From positions 6,057,929 through 6,121,928 of the forward strand of contig OZ037769.1 in assembly GCA_964035545.1 (NCBI GenBank): a stretch of DNA of 64,000 nt, written 5' to 3'. How positions within the stretch are numbered: position 1 is the first letter of the stretch; the number at the start of each line of letters is the position of its first letter. The DNA is from Bugula neritina. Taxonomy: Eukaryota; Animalia; Bryozoa. The translations under genes and the position numbers were made by a program. This document shows positions 13,673 through 26,250 of this stretch, in pieces. The notes beneath the pieces were generated by a model. The model made no database searches, was not told where the DNA came from, and saw only the letters and a list, made by a program, of their open reading frames with translations.

Positions 13673-15451
13673 CCTATTTTTGATTATGTAGCATCTGACA
13701 GAAACTTTATGATATGATAATAATATTAATGTATATGATGGTATTCCTACCAGGATTTGAGGCAGTACCAACAGATATTTCTTTATTACCTTTTTCACCA
13801 GAGAACCTAAATAATACACAACCGATAGAATGGCTAATAGGTTGCCTAAATCATTCACTTTTCTGCTTTGAAAAAATTTTTATTACCACATAATATATTT
13901 TTTATTTTAGCAGCTCTACACAATTTTTTTTATATATAATAAGTACTCTTATAAACAAGAGTTTTCCTAAAAGCTGCGATGCAAGTATTTGATTTATAAT
14001 TATAGACAACTTAAATGACTTATAAATAACTTTAAATTACATGATATTTCTAATCATATATTACTTGAAATGGTGCTCGGACTACAACTTAATTTACCTA
14101 TCATGCTGTTTCCTCCGGTGCCATACAACTAGTGCAATAATTACTATAGTAATCACAGCCAGACCGCTAACTCCGCCCACAACACCGTAGACTGCTACAT
14201 TCTTTTGGCCTTTAGACATCGTTTGCTTCATACTCATTTCTGATCTAGTAGAATCTGAGTTGTTGTGTTTATTACTTTCACTAACATTTGTCATTAGTAG
14301 AGTATCGGTAACCAGTGTTACGTGTAAAAATGTTGGCGATGTTTTGGCTGTTGCAAATGACGTGTTTTCCAATCTAGAAACTCTGCTAGTTTCAGGCAAA
14401 GTTTGAGAGGTTAGTGTTGTGTGTACTACTGGTGAAGTGGTTCTATATGTTACTGTTGGTACTTGTGTCGTGCTATAAACTGGTGCTACAGTTGATGGTG
14501 GAATTTCTGAAGTTAGTATAAAATAGACACATTCAGGGGTATAGCATTATAGCGGTGAAATAAAAAATACATAAGACAGAAATGGAGAGGGGAACTAAAA
14601 AAGATGGACAGATTCTAAATATGCACATACTTTTGCATTCTTCTATGTCCTCCCTCCATGATTTAGACATACATGTCACATTTTGCTGGGTGTTTCCCTT
14701 AGCCGAGTAACCGGGCAGACAGGATGTTGATAGAGTGTTGCTATTGGCTGAAGTTGACCAAACGGAGCGGTTTGCATCTCTCATTACTGATGCTAATGAA
14801 CATCCTCTATATTTATTTACCACTAAAAATGACAAATCAAATCACAAAATTTACATGATATATCTACAGCTAGATATGATGTGATGAGTATATTATATTC
14901 TGATAAAACATTATTAATATCTGTTGAAATTTTAATACGTACCTTGATATTCTATCAAAAATCCTTGACTAGCATCTGTTGTTCTTGTTAATTTTTCAGT
15001 TGTTAAAGTAAGAGTCACTTTGTCTGCACACACTGTGACTAAATATGGTCCCATAATGTCATCGGAGAATGTCAAAGTTTTATCTTGCTGACTATGACAG
15101 ATTCCATCAACGCTTAGCTTGTTCTGCTTTAGAGAGAAAATTAATGGAGTTAATCTAATGTATGTTGGTGTCATTCTGCCAATTTTGTAGGATATTTTAT
15201 ATGTTGTAGATTCTGTAGGTTTGAATCCAATCATTTTATTGTTGAAATCAGCGTGACTAACAAGGTGTCCAAACTTTGGTAGGGCTTTTACCATGTGGGA
15301 ATTTGATTGGCTAATGATATCTGCAACTAAATACATTGGTAAGTTATAATATAATGAAGACAACAATAGTAAATTTATTACTTATATATAATTAATATAT
15401 ATGATGTGTATAATTAATTATACATATTATATATATATGTATAATTAATTA

Positions 15452-15526
<75 letters not shown>

Positions 15527-17491
15527 TTGGTTTGAAATACTTGCAAATGGTTTAAAGTTTTATTTTAAACTGTGACCCATAAGCATGTTTCAATTTAAAA
15601 GCTGTTTTATTTAGAACAAGTTTGAGAAATTGCATATTTGGCTTCAACAAGCCTTAATTCAAAAAAGGCACGTGATTCAGAAATTTTTATTTACAATGGT
15701 AACTGTAAAATAATAAAGAATCAAACCCAAGACCTCCGGCTGGCATCTTAGCTCGCTAAACGTTGCTCTACAAGGACTACTTGGTAATTCAAATTCTACA
15801 TTGCCAACAAATTATTGCTCAATAAAAACATTCACCATTACAGTTTCTACAGACTACTGCAAATAATTTTTGTATATCTTTTAAAAATGTTTGATTAAAG
15901 TTAGTAAATATTGGTAAGAAAGACTTGATATTTAGCCATCTCTACAAATTTCCAGTGCACATGTGGCTTACCTGCAACTTTAACTTTGAAGGTGCTGAAA
16001 AGGCTACCTTCAATTGCGTTCCAGAAGATTTCGATGGGTTCATCATTTTTACTATTGTATCTTGTATACAGCAGTGTGTTGACGAGCCAGTTGCCAACAA
16101 CTTTTATGTTACCAATTTCCAAAGTGTTGTAAACTGTACTATAATACCACTGTTGTAGTTTTGTGCCATCATCTGCTGTCCATATTCCAATCCATTTATT
16201 TGCTGGAAGATCCTTTATGGTTACACTGCACTGCTTTGTTCTCAAAGGCCAGAAGAAGCCATTTGAAAAACTGTACTTATCAGGAAAGTTGGGACTCTGT
16301 ATAAACAGAGGTTGTGACTTTATAGACACGCTAGAAATTTTTGAATCACAAATGTTGACAAGTTTTCTTCGTGCGGCTACAAAATTAATCAAATTTATCA
16401 TTTTAAAAATATCTCGTTTCTCATTATTAACATGATCTCTTTGCTTTAACTTACAGCACTTCAGATTATAAGCCTATTGTTGTACAATAACAGGCATTAG
16501 AAATGTTCTTACAAAATTCTGCAAAGTAAATAAGAAATGAAAGATTCCCTAGCCCAAGTAAGTAGGGACATCTATTTGCAACCAATTTGTCTATTTACTA
16601 AAAGCTATTTTGGCAAATATTATGCGAGTTGGTGTAGGATAAAAACTGAAGGAGAAAGAGCTGGCTTAGCTTCACTGAAATTGAATTAGATTACTTTTTT
16701 ATGAAAATTATGCACATAACTTTTAACTTATTGGCAAAACGATTGTAAATATTTAAATTTACTGTTTTACAATTGAAATATGAAAATGAATATGAAATGA
16801 AATATGAAAAAAAATTATATTAATATGAAAAACGCTATTTAAGCAAAAACTTCTATCAATAGGTGTAAAGTTTATACCTTTAAAAGATGCATGTTTTTTT
16901 AGATTACGGTTCATATATAAAACAAATATAATACCCAATGTTCTAGTTCAACCTATTTTGCAGCAGCATCAATACTGATACAATCTTCCCCATAAAAACA
17001 AATATATGGCTGCATTAGATAGTTAGATAATATAGTAAATGCACAAGTGCAATGAAATATCGCTAATTTTTAACAAGCTTACTGTTAGGGTATATCACAT
17101 GTGATATGTTGTAAGCTGAAATGTTTGAACAAATACAATAACACAATAATTTGTAATAACTGGTAGTCCTAGTATTGTTGGTAGTTGTAATTTATAAGCC
17201 AGGAATGTTTGTCAGTTGACTCTGTATAGTATTTTAAATCACTAAAGAATAGAATTTCTTAAAAACTCAAATATTGAACATGTTGAGTCCTCCACATGTA
17301 GCAATTTACACTCTAATTACATATCACCTGCTTTATTCACAGTAGATGTTAGTTCTATGTCTGTTGCAATTGCAATGCAATATACTTATCTTAATCAAAC
17401 ATGGCTTGTGCATTTATAACTTACTTTTACCTGTTTGAATGAGTAGAAAATGCAGAATTAGTATCAGTCCTAGGCTTTTAGTGAGCTTCAT
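12596..17491 (-). CDS. Type I membrane protein A: signal peptide, 2 CUB-like domains, sushi/CCP-like domain, S/T stalk, TM helix, Tyr-repeat tail (~665 aa)
   Basis: Exons (minus): 17491-17425 ([21 protein letters not shown]), 16376-15972 ([15 protein letters not shown]), 15320-14943 (..SQGFLIEYQ), 14822-14631 (CSL..SCLPGY..TC..W..C), 14506-14098 ([28 protein letters not shown] + HRRK), 13806-13751, 13347-13020 (GC donor), 12758-12596. Total 1998 nt, one open frame. Confidence 0.85.
12930..13001 (+). mobile_element. tRNA-like head (SINE family 2 or tRNA pseudogene)
   Basis: GTGGTGTAATGG A-box and GGTTCAAATCCC B-box, with an imperfect anticodon arm. A diverged inverted copy lies at ~15718-15790. 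Confidence 0.65.
13532..13668. repeat. (TA)n microsatellite
   Basis: Seen directly in the sequence. Confidence 0.97.
15460..15525. repeat. (TA)n microsatellite
   Basis: Seen directly in the sequence. Confidence 0.97.
15718..15790 (-). mobile_element. Degenerate tRNA-like SINE family 2 head
   Basis: The reverse complement (AGTAGTCCTTGTAG...GCCGGAGGTCTTGGGTTTGATTC) aligns with the element at 12925-12992. Confidence 0.55.
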
Positions 17492-20134
17492 TCTATAACA
17501 GGTTCACTAGTGGTGCAGTAGAAATCTAGACTGAGAGTGATGAAAGCTGAGTGATAAGAATGGTCTTTAGCACTGATAGTATATAAAAGGTATATGCTCA
17601 TTGGTCGTCACATGTTTATTCTGTCACTAACTCTTATCAGGAAAAGGAAGTATTAGTAGCATATTATCTGTAACTATGCATAAAGCAATAACTTAAAATC
17701 ATTCTTTTTAAGTTGCAATTTAGCATCTTGATTTCCAAGTTAAAAAGTTTGAAAAATTATTCATACACTGAACGCTTAGTTGTCAAAACTTTTAGCACTA
17801 AAATCATCAAAAAGTAAAAATTGCTTTTATTTTCAAATTGGAGTAGAATAATTTGTCTACTTAACTAAAAAAGTTTTGTGTCAAATAGCTTATTGTGTAA
17901 TTGGTGCAAGAATTGTGTTCTAGTAAAGATTGTTTCTAAAAAACTGTAATGGCTGTGGGAAGTATACCCCTCAGTACCCCCTACCTAATATCTACATTAT
18001 ATTATGATGCAGCTAATGTCTCAAGGACGACAACTTCGTTCTTAACCAATCAAAATCCACCCCTTGTATATAAACGGCGGCTTCCGGTGCCCAAAGCAGT
18101 CTCGGTGATAAAAGTTAAGTAGATAGGTTAACTTTGGGCAATAGTTACTAATTGTACTCTTTTCTCTTTTGTAATTATATATGGTTTTTTATTGTGCGTA
18201 ATTGAAATACTAATACAGTTCTCTAGTTAAACAATCAACTGATTCGGTTCTTCACATAACCTCACAGTGGATATGCAGTAATTACTTGAGTACACAATAA
18301 CACCCCAAGAGTAGTATACAAAACTACAACAGAACTTTCCATCATGCAGTTGCTAAAAATATTTTAAGTTCAAGTGCCAATGTACAATAAATGAAAAATG
18401 TTCAACTATTTGCTGTGTTTTAAAGATAGTCCTATGTAATAATGCAGAGCAATTCTCAGCACCTTCGGGGTATACAATCCTTAGCATTTTAGGGTAGATA
18501 ACTCCTAGCACCTTATTATTGAGTGTCAACAATTATCAACACCATAATAATATGTTAAGTGGTCATAGTGTGTATGTTGAAGAGCTAGGTTCTGACTTAA
18601 CTAGGAAAATGTTTCTTTAATCATTGTTAAAAAAAGCCTATAAATTTGGAAATAATGCAGCTTCATTTTTACTCATTTTAGGTTTATTAAATAATTATTA
18701 ATATCAACAATAAATGTATATTATTAATCAAAATGTTAATTATGTGCTTACAAATGATTTACCTGTGTTTTTTCCTTTGTCTACCGAAGAAATTTTAGCA
18801 TGAGCAAAAATTATAACGAGTTGCAACAATTATAACAAATCAGCGCAATGCTCAAAGCTTGTAGAGATTATGATCAAACTTTATTTAAATAGCATTTTAA
18901 GTCGCTTAAAATCTGATATACAAAATATCTTTTTATGAGCCATTTAAAGTTATCTTTTGTAAAAAATATGTGACATGTTATTACCGTTTTACTTTAAATA
19001 TTATAACAGACTGGTTGTTTGAGTAATTTTCCTATGCATACTTATAGAGTGCAAAATTTCTTATTAGTTGCAGATCAAAAATGCTAACGTCATCAAATAC
19101 AATTACAAGGAAACTAGTTATTTAAATAATAGCATAGTATATTTTTGAATCGGTGATTATTTCTCATAATTTTATTTGCAGTTAGAGTTTTAGCCCAGTG
19201 AGATATATTCGAATGACCCTGCATATGACCCTGCTATATAGACCTAATGATTATTGGTTAATTAAAGTCACCAGCATATCACATAGGCTACTGTGATATA
19301 ACTAGCATATACTGTAACCAGTCTTGACTTTCACTAACCAACCAACTTTATAAGCTAAATTTTGTGGTTACTTCAATTTTTAGCTTAGTAAAACCATATT
19401 TGTATAGTATTTTGATTCGCCCTATATATTAGAGTACTATATTGTAAAGAGCCTAAATATAACAATAGCAATATCAGTTAAACAGCTTATATGAATAAAA
19501 TCTTGCTGAAGCATATTTTTTTGTCACCTTAAATCATTGAAATACAACACATTTTTTAGTTTTAGTATCATCTCAATGGCAGACTTGTTATATATTTAAT
19601 ACTTATATAGCTATTTGAAAACTGCTAATTAAATTGACAACATATATATAACATAATATATGTATAACATATCATAATTATGTTATATGTTGTATGAGAT
19701 ATGATATATAATAATATTCAACAGTTATAACGTACAAGATGTGTCAATGATACCTTCCTTAATTAGTTAACCTAACTCATAATTAATAAGTATTTTAAGT
19801 CATTCCATAGTAGCAAAGAACACATAGCTTTTATTGATAACCATTTTATAGAAATTACAATAATAACTCACAATTAAAAAATGTACATTATTATAAATAT
19901 TATAAATTTAAGTATATAGTGATATCTGTAAAAAAAATCAATTTTAAAAATTTAAAAGTTTAAACAAAATTAAACTCTGTTTCGACCTCTATACAAAAAA
20001 TGAGAAAGCAGCTGCACAGCACTAAATAGAAACAGAGTCAAGGAATGGTTGAAATGGTGGGACTAAAAAACTTTTACCAGTCTGCATAGTCATGCATAGA
20101 TTCAGCTAAATTTAGCTAAATTCTAAAATACTTA

Positions 20135-23100
20135 TTATGAATTATAGAGATCGTTCTCCAGCATCTCCACCTCATAGCCCTGAAACTGCTCCTGTGTTGA
20201 GGATGAAGGCTTTTTGATTTCAGTGTATAAATCAGTTACTTGCTTTCTGTCTTCTGACACAGCAGAGCTACAGGAACACAATGAGTTCACTTGTGTACTT
20301 ACATGGTAGATAGTATTGTAATATTGAAAGAGTTGCAACACAAAATACATGTTTGCAGTATGCTGTATGAAATGAACTGAAAATGTATTCCACTTAAAGC
20401 TTATTATAGATGAACTCTTGGAGTTGAGTTTCCTATTAGTTAGAAAGCTAACTTGCAAAGCCATCAACGGTGTTCAATATTGAGTGTATATTATGTTTAA
20501 TGTCATTCCAACTTAAAACAAAATTGTGTGAATTTTGCTTGTGTCTTACTGCTAAAACAATTCAAGCTACACTAGTGTTAAAAATTAGTTGCATATCTGA
20601 CTCACTGAGCTCACAAATAACCCGACTTGATTGGACAGCAATACAAACAAAAGATGCACCTTTTCATTTTTTATATGGTACTTCCCATAACAATTAAATT
20701 ACCAACTTTATTGATCAGAGAAACATGTTGTAGGTGTTATTGTGCTTCTAATTTGTGTTTTTAGGGTATCTCATATTAAAAATCTCATCACCATATATAA
20801 AATGTTTCTACTTACACTGATTTCGTCTCTACTGCTTGAGAGCTTTGCCTTAGAGACTTATTCCCATCAGTTGAATTTGTTGAGGGTTTATTAATCATGT
20901 CCAACACTTCTGAATAGATGTCTGTAAACATAGCCTACATATATTGTATAACAATTCTTTCACCATCTTAGTGGATTGTAAACACAATAGTCTACTGTAT
21001 AATGGTGATATTTGAGAAATTATAATTAATTAAATCAGAACAGTAAATTTTTGTATTATGTAATTTTCTAGATCTAGTTTAGTAGATTGAATAAAAACAT
21101 GCAAATTCAAAATGAAATTGATGAATAATGGCGGGCTAATTAAATTATTATATTTAATCTTTTTTAAGTACTGAAAAAAAATTGGTAGACAGTTGAAAAG
21201 CAACAGAAAACTTTCATAGAAAAAATTCTGAGTATAAAACTTTTTCACATGCAACCCTTTTTCACCAAAAGCTGCACTTAGTTTCAGAATTTGTGAAATT
21301 CAACTTTGTAAGCAAATTTCTGAAATCTTCATACTTTATTATGTGTCAATTGAGATGAATGCATACATTATGTAACATGCATATACCAACATGTGATATA
21401 TATTCCAACAGCAATGTAAAAAATATATTCGTTGCTTCGTGAATAATGAAAGAGATCTAAAAACTTCTTTGTGATGACGGATAAAAATTAATTTAGGCTA
21501 ACATTTTCTTGAGCTCTTGTGTTAAGTGCTGAATATGATTTCATTCATGACTTACGGTTATGTTCTAATTCATGATATTCATGATCATCTCCCTTGTTCT
21601 CTATAGTTTGTTGATTAGTGTGGAACTCATGAGTTGATCTAAAAATATGATTCGAGGGAGAATAACCCTTCATTTTAGCATATTGTTATATTCTCTACAC
21701 TAAGTACTCTTAAGTAATGCATAAAGCATAGCGTGAGACACTAAAATTTCATGTAATTGAATTACATGAAATACTGACATGCATGAAGATTTAACTACAA
21801 TTGTGTAGCATTTTCATATGGAGACTGTAGATTTTTTCTTACTTTGACTTTAGCAATAAAAACATAAACTGCATATAAATTTATAAAGTATATAGGCTAC
21901 AAATTATCAAAAATGTGACACAATCAAATATTACTTTTTGCACTTACTGGTGAGCTTCCCCTCTTCTCTTAATAAAAAGTACAGTGAGTACAATCACAAT
22001 GACAAGTAACACAGTGAGTGAAACTGTTGATGGAATTATTACTGTCATTAAGTTGGCAGGACTTGCAGGTGCTCTGGGTTTGTCAGAGGTCACAGTAGCA
22101 GGATTTGTATGAACTGCACTACTTGACACCTCACTAGATTCTGTACATGGAGAAGTGAGAGATTCAATCTCTGTAAATTACAAGTGATCCAAAACAGACA
22201 ATATTATTATCTAGTTTCTAACCTTGAGGTAGAGGAATGTTTATGCTATATTTGAACTTAGTTCTAGCTGTTCAAGTTGTAAAATTATGAAACAAGGGAT
22301 AAAACATAGTGATGAGGAATCAGAGTGTGCCAATTCTTTAATCAAATGTCATATTATTGATCTCAATTATTTTTGATTAATTTTAGTCAACTTTCCATTT
22401 TGATATATCATTAAACATTTTTGCAAACTGCTGTTACCATGGTAACAGCAGCAATAGCTACGTATTTTAATGCATAAAATCTACTTTCAATTTAACGCAT
22501 GTTTGTATATCATCTAGATTCATCATGCCAACGTTTTCGCTTAGATGCAACTTACTTATGCAATGTTGAGATTATCTTACTTGATAGGTAAAGAAGAAAT
22601 CCTGTGTCAGCTCCATTAGCGTCAGTGTGGAAGGTGAAGGAGAGCTTATTTCCTGCTGTTATGACAGATACGTTTGTGTCAGCTGGTAAATAACCACAAA
22701 TTCTTTTAGTTGAGTTTACTTCTCCTTCTACTCCTACTATATCCAAATAGTCTGAGCATGTTTCTTCACGGTGTAGTCTCACACCAGAAAGAAAATGAAT
22801 ACCTAGTAAAGTGTGAAGATCAAGCCCTGTGACTGTGAGAGTTGAGTGGACGTTATTGCGGTAATTTGGAGTTTGTTTCCTTATGTCAGGGTGCGCTCCT
22901 TTATGACTCATTATATAAAGTCCGCTGTTGGTTTGATCAAGCTGGACTTCTCTATCAGCATCATTTGTTCCAGGGTCAACCACAGTCCATACTACCAAAG
23001 TAAAAGATGTACAATATCAATGTAATAATTTTGACGCTTTGTGCTATATATAACAGTTTAAAACATTCAATATTTTAAATCCCGAAGACATTGTGAAAAA

Positions 23101-24643
23101 ACTAAATTGCTTTCATCATTGTCAGTGTAGGGAAAAAAGCAAGTATAGCCTAAGTCTTATAGAGTCTTGATTAATTGTTTTTTTTAATATTAAAAATTTA
23201 GACATATGGCTCAATTGCTTTATTTCACTAGTAGTAAGTACATTAATGCTTCAACTATCAGCTAACATGTAATTTATACTCTTACAAAACACAACTGTGT
23301 ATACCACTTAATCTGTTTGACCAATATAATTAAATTTTGCTTTACTGTCTAAGACCTAGGTGATGTTAGCTTACTAATTGTTTGATTTTATTGATAACAC
23401 CACATTGAATGCATGGCACCAAAATGTTATGCCATTACAATCTACAATCACAACTGAACCAGCAAATCTAATGTTTCTATTATCTGTAAATAATTTTCTC
23501 TTTTCTCATTTCTCCAAAATTACTGAACTCAGAGCTTTTTAGAATAGAAGTTGTCTGACTTACATTAAGTTAAACAGGTAATGCAAGGCTCGTTTGAAGA
23601 GTCATAATAACTCACAGTTATAGTACTATAGTTGCTGTTAATAACTCAATAGCAATAAGCTCTGGATGTTTTAGTACAGTGAATCTCACCTTTAAAAACC
23701 AGCACATTTTCATTCTAATATGTTACAAATAGTGTGTTTAAAAATAAAAACGCATGTTTCAATAATTTGGAATCTAGCGCAACCAAATTGTAGGGAAGTA
23801 GAACAATACTAAAGAGATTGTGGTAAAGAATAAACTGTAAAGGACAGACTTTATAGTATAAAACTATAGTCATTAGTAATATAGATCACACATACCTGAG
23901 TATCTGATGCTGAACTTGTAATTTGATCCAAAAATCTCTGAGATGTTTGAAGAATTAAACTGTAGAAAAGCTTCTGTAGGAGTTCCACCATTGAAATATG
24001 TATCAATAGAGTCTCCACTAGTCTTATTCCCACATATGTTTGTTGTTTTTGAGGAAAAGAATTTTACTTGTAAAAAGTGACTGTTATGACAATCAGCAGT
24101 TAGAAATGGGGTAGTGGCTGGGATATTATACTCCCCCTCCACTGTCAGTTCTACTACAGAATATTCTGGAACACTGAGTATCAATTCACAGTCCAGTCCA
24201 AACTCGTAGACTCCAGGGTAACCAGGACTCTGTATTATTTGAGAGCCACTGATGTTTACAACTCTGGTAGGGCAGATGCTGATAGCAGAGACTAAAAATG
24301 GAAAAGCGAAAAAGTTTTTTACCCAAAACCATGTCAAACTCTGCTATACTTTACTATATCTATAGCTAACGATAATTCACTTCACAGACCATTGAAACAG
24401 TATTGTAGATACCAGTCAAAATATGGATGCACACATCTGCTTTCAAAGTAAAGGAGCTGCATTGTGGGTATGTATTTATGTATCATATAGTGCAGTTTGA
24501 CTTTCAAGAGAAAATATCAATATGATGCATTGCAAATAAAAAAATACGGGTTGCTATGACAGTGACAATGACATCTCACCTGAAGAACTCACACTTAGAC
24601 ATCTTTGTAACACTAATGCTTGCAGAACCCAAGTTCCAAACAT
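20135..24643 (-). CDS. Type I membrane protein B: signal peptide, 2 CUB domains, short stalk, TM helix, Tyr-motif tail (~471 aa)
   Basis: Exons (minus): 24643-24580, 24291-23896 (IC..IQSPGYPGVY..DC..ICG..FSIRY), 22991-22581 (CSDYLDI..ICG..FHTD..TGFLLY), 22170-21948 (TM VIIPSTVSLTVLLVIVIVLTVLFI + KRR), 21638-21556, 20921-20816, 20267-20135. Total 1416 nt, open, all GT-AG. Confidence 0.87.
22428..22451. promoter_or_regulatory. Perfect 24-bp palindrome containing an RFX X-box-like core GTTACCATGGTAAC (intronic)
   Basis: CTGCTGTTACCATGGTAACAGCAG. Function is not shown by the sequence. Confidence 0.35.
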
Positions 24644-25083
24644 GAGTTTAACTAAATTGTTCATATTCGGCTTGATCACTCCTAGCAAAGACTGAGTAAT
24701 ATGGGCAATTAGAATAGTGTAAGTATATATCTAGTGGCTTCACTTCCTCTTTACCTGTCAAAGCACTAGCACTAGCTATATAATAATAATACTTTAAATA
24801 CAGAGGAATGTATGGATGTATAATAATGTGTTTAAACAGTGCTCTTTTCTCACACATGAGAGAGTAGTCAATGTAATATCACAAATAAAGCAATTATTGA
24901 CTTAACCAGTTCAATGCTGCATTTAATATATATTATGTTAATAATAATACAGACTATTTTATAGTTCTTTTTGTAAACTTGTTAATGTCTTGCAATGGTA
25001 ATACTCTTAATAATCAATATGCATATATGTGCACATGTACATGCATACATACTTGTATACATATGTGTATGTATATAATACAA

Positions 25084-25094
25084 ACACACACGCA

Positions 25095-25152
<58 letters not shown>

Positions 25153-25160
25153 ATATATAC
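25084..25160. repeat. (CA)n/(CACG)n/(TA)n compound microsatellite
   Basis: Seen directly in the sequence. Confidence 0.95.
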
Positions 25161-25336
25161 AGTATAATATTAAATATAACATGATGTCAACAATGATACA
25201 TTTGAATAATTATACGTTGTGTCTTGCAACTAGTTCAACAATCAAAATGACTAAAAGTTCACTTTGTTTCTGTCTTTTGATGAAGCAAGTTGATGATTCT
25301 ACTGTCTCAGATATATACTCTGGAATTATTATTAAC

Positions 25337-26250
25337 ATGTCTTGGAGAAACTATTCACTCTCTGACATTAAATCTCTGACTAATAGTGTGAATGAGATCG
25401 TCTCTTCTACCTATAATCCTATTGAGTAAGTTTATTTGTAATTTCTTATAAGACTTGAAGTAGAAAGTTTATAACGTAATAGTATGTTGTCTGTTATAAG
25501 TATATAATAACAATTACTAGATTAGCATTAATAATTATTTATAGAAGATAAAGTATGTAGAAAGTCATCAAAGATCCCTGAAACTGCTTACTCAATTATG
25601 TTTAAATATTTAAAAAGTTGCTAGTTGGTACATAGCGCTATACGCAATAGGTGACGCAATGCATTCATTGCTTGTCACAGTAGAAGACATGCAGCAGGGA
25701 ATACAATTCCAAATTATCCTTGTTGAAATATATTTTTTGACCTCTATAAGTGATTATAGTATACAGCTTTGTGATGCAGTGTATGTGGATTTTAAACATG
25801 ACTTATACATTGCCAAGATAACTTTCGTTAGTTGCATGCAAGCCAATGTGACAATCTATAAAACATATTTTTAGAAATCCAGATGAAGTAACAGAGTTGA
25901 AAGTCTTTATTAAAAAAGTGAAGAGTGCTATTGGTAGAGATGGGTTAGATGATGGAGTATGTGTGTTTGAGAAAGTGATAGACCATAAGATAACATTGGA
26001 AGATATTGAAGAGGAAGGTGATGAAGTTGTCTCCCCAATTAGTAACAAGAAGACAACTTTCAAATCTACATTATCTAATGTACTTAGTAGCATCAGAAGG
26101 AGAATTAGGAATAGTAGAGACAGTGACACTAAAGTTATATCCTATAGACAGAACAAAGTCTGCTTCTCCAAAATTAAATTAAATAGAAAATGGCTGAAGA
26201 CTGTTAAATCTTGCTTTACAGTAAAACATGGTCAGTATCTTTTGTACTGA
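25337..26250 (+). CDS. Putative two-exon orphan protein (~154 aa; longer if an upstream in-frame ATG from 25181 is used)
   Basis: Exon 25337-25425 (GA|GTAAGT) joins in frame to 25875-26250 (TTTTTAG|A). AATAAA at ~26483. No recognisable domain. Confidence 0.55.

Noticed and set aside
13416-13858. YI-repeat ORFs (likewise 869-1123 and 24979-25182)
   Set aside because: Microsatellite translations. Only 13806-13751, in another frame, is modelled as an exon.
17500-20100. A third CUB paralogue or an autonomous transposon between A and B
   Set aside because: No ORF of 60 aa or more and no recognisable CUB or transposase remnants by eye. A tBLASTn could still find decayed fragments.
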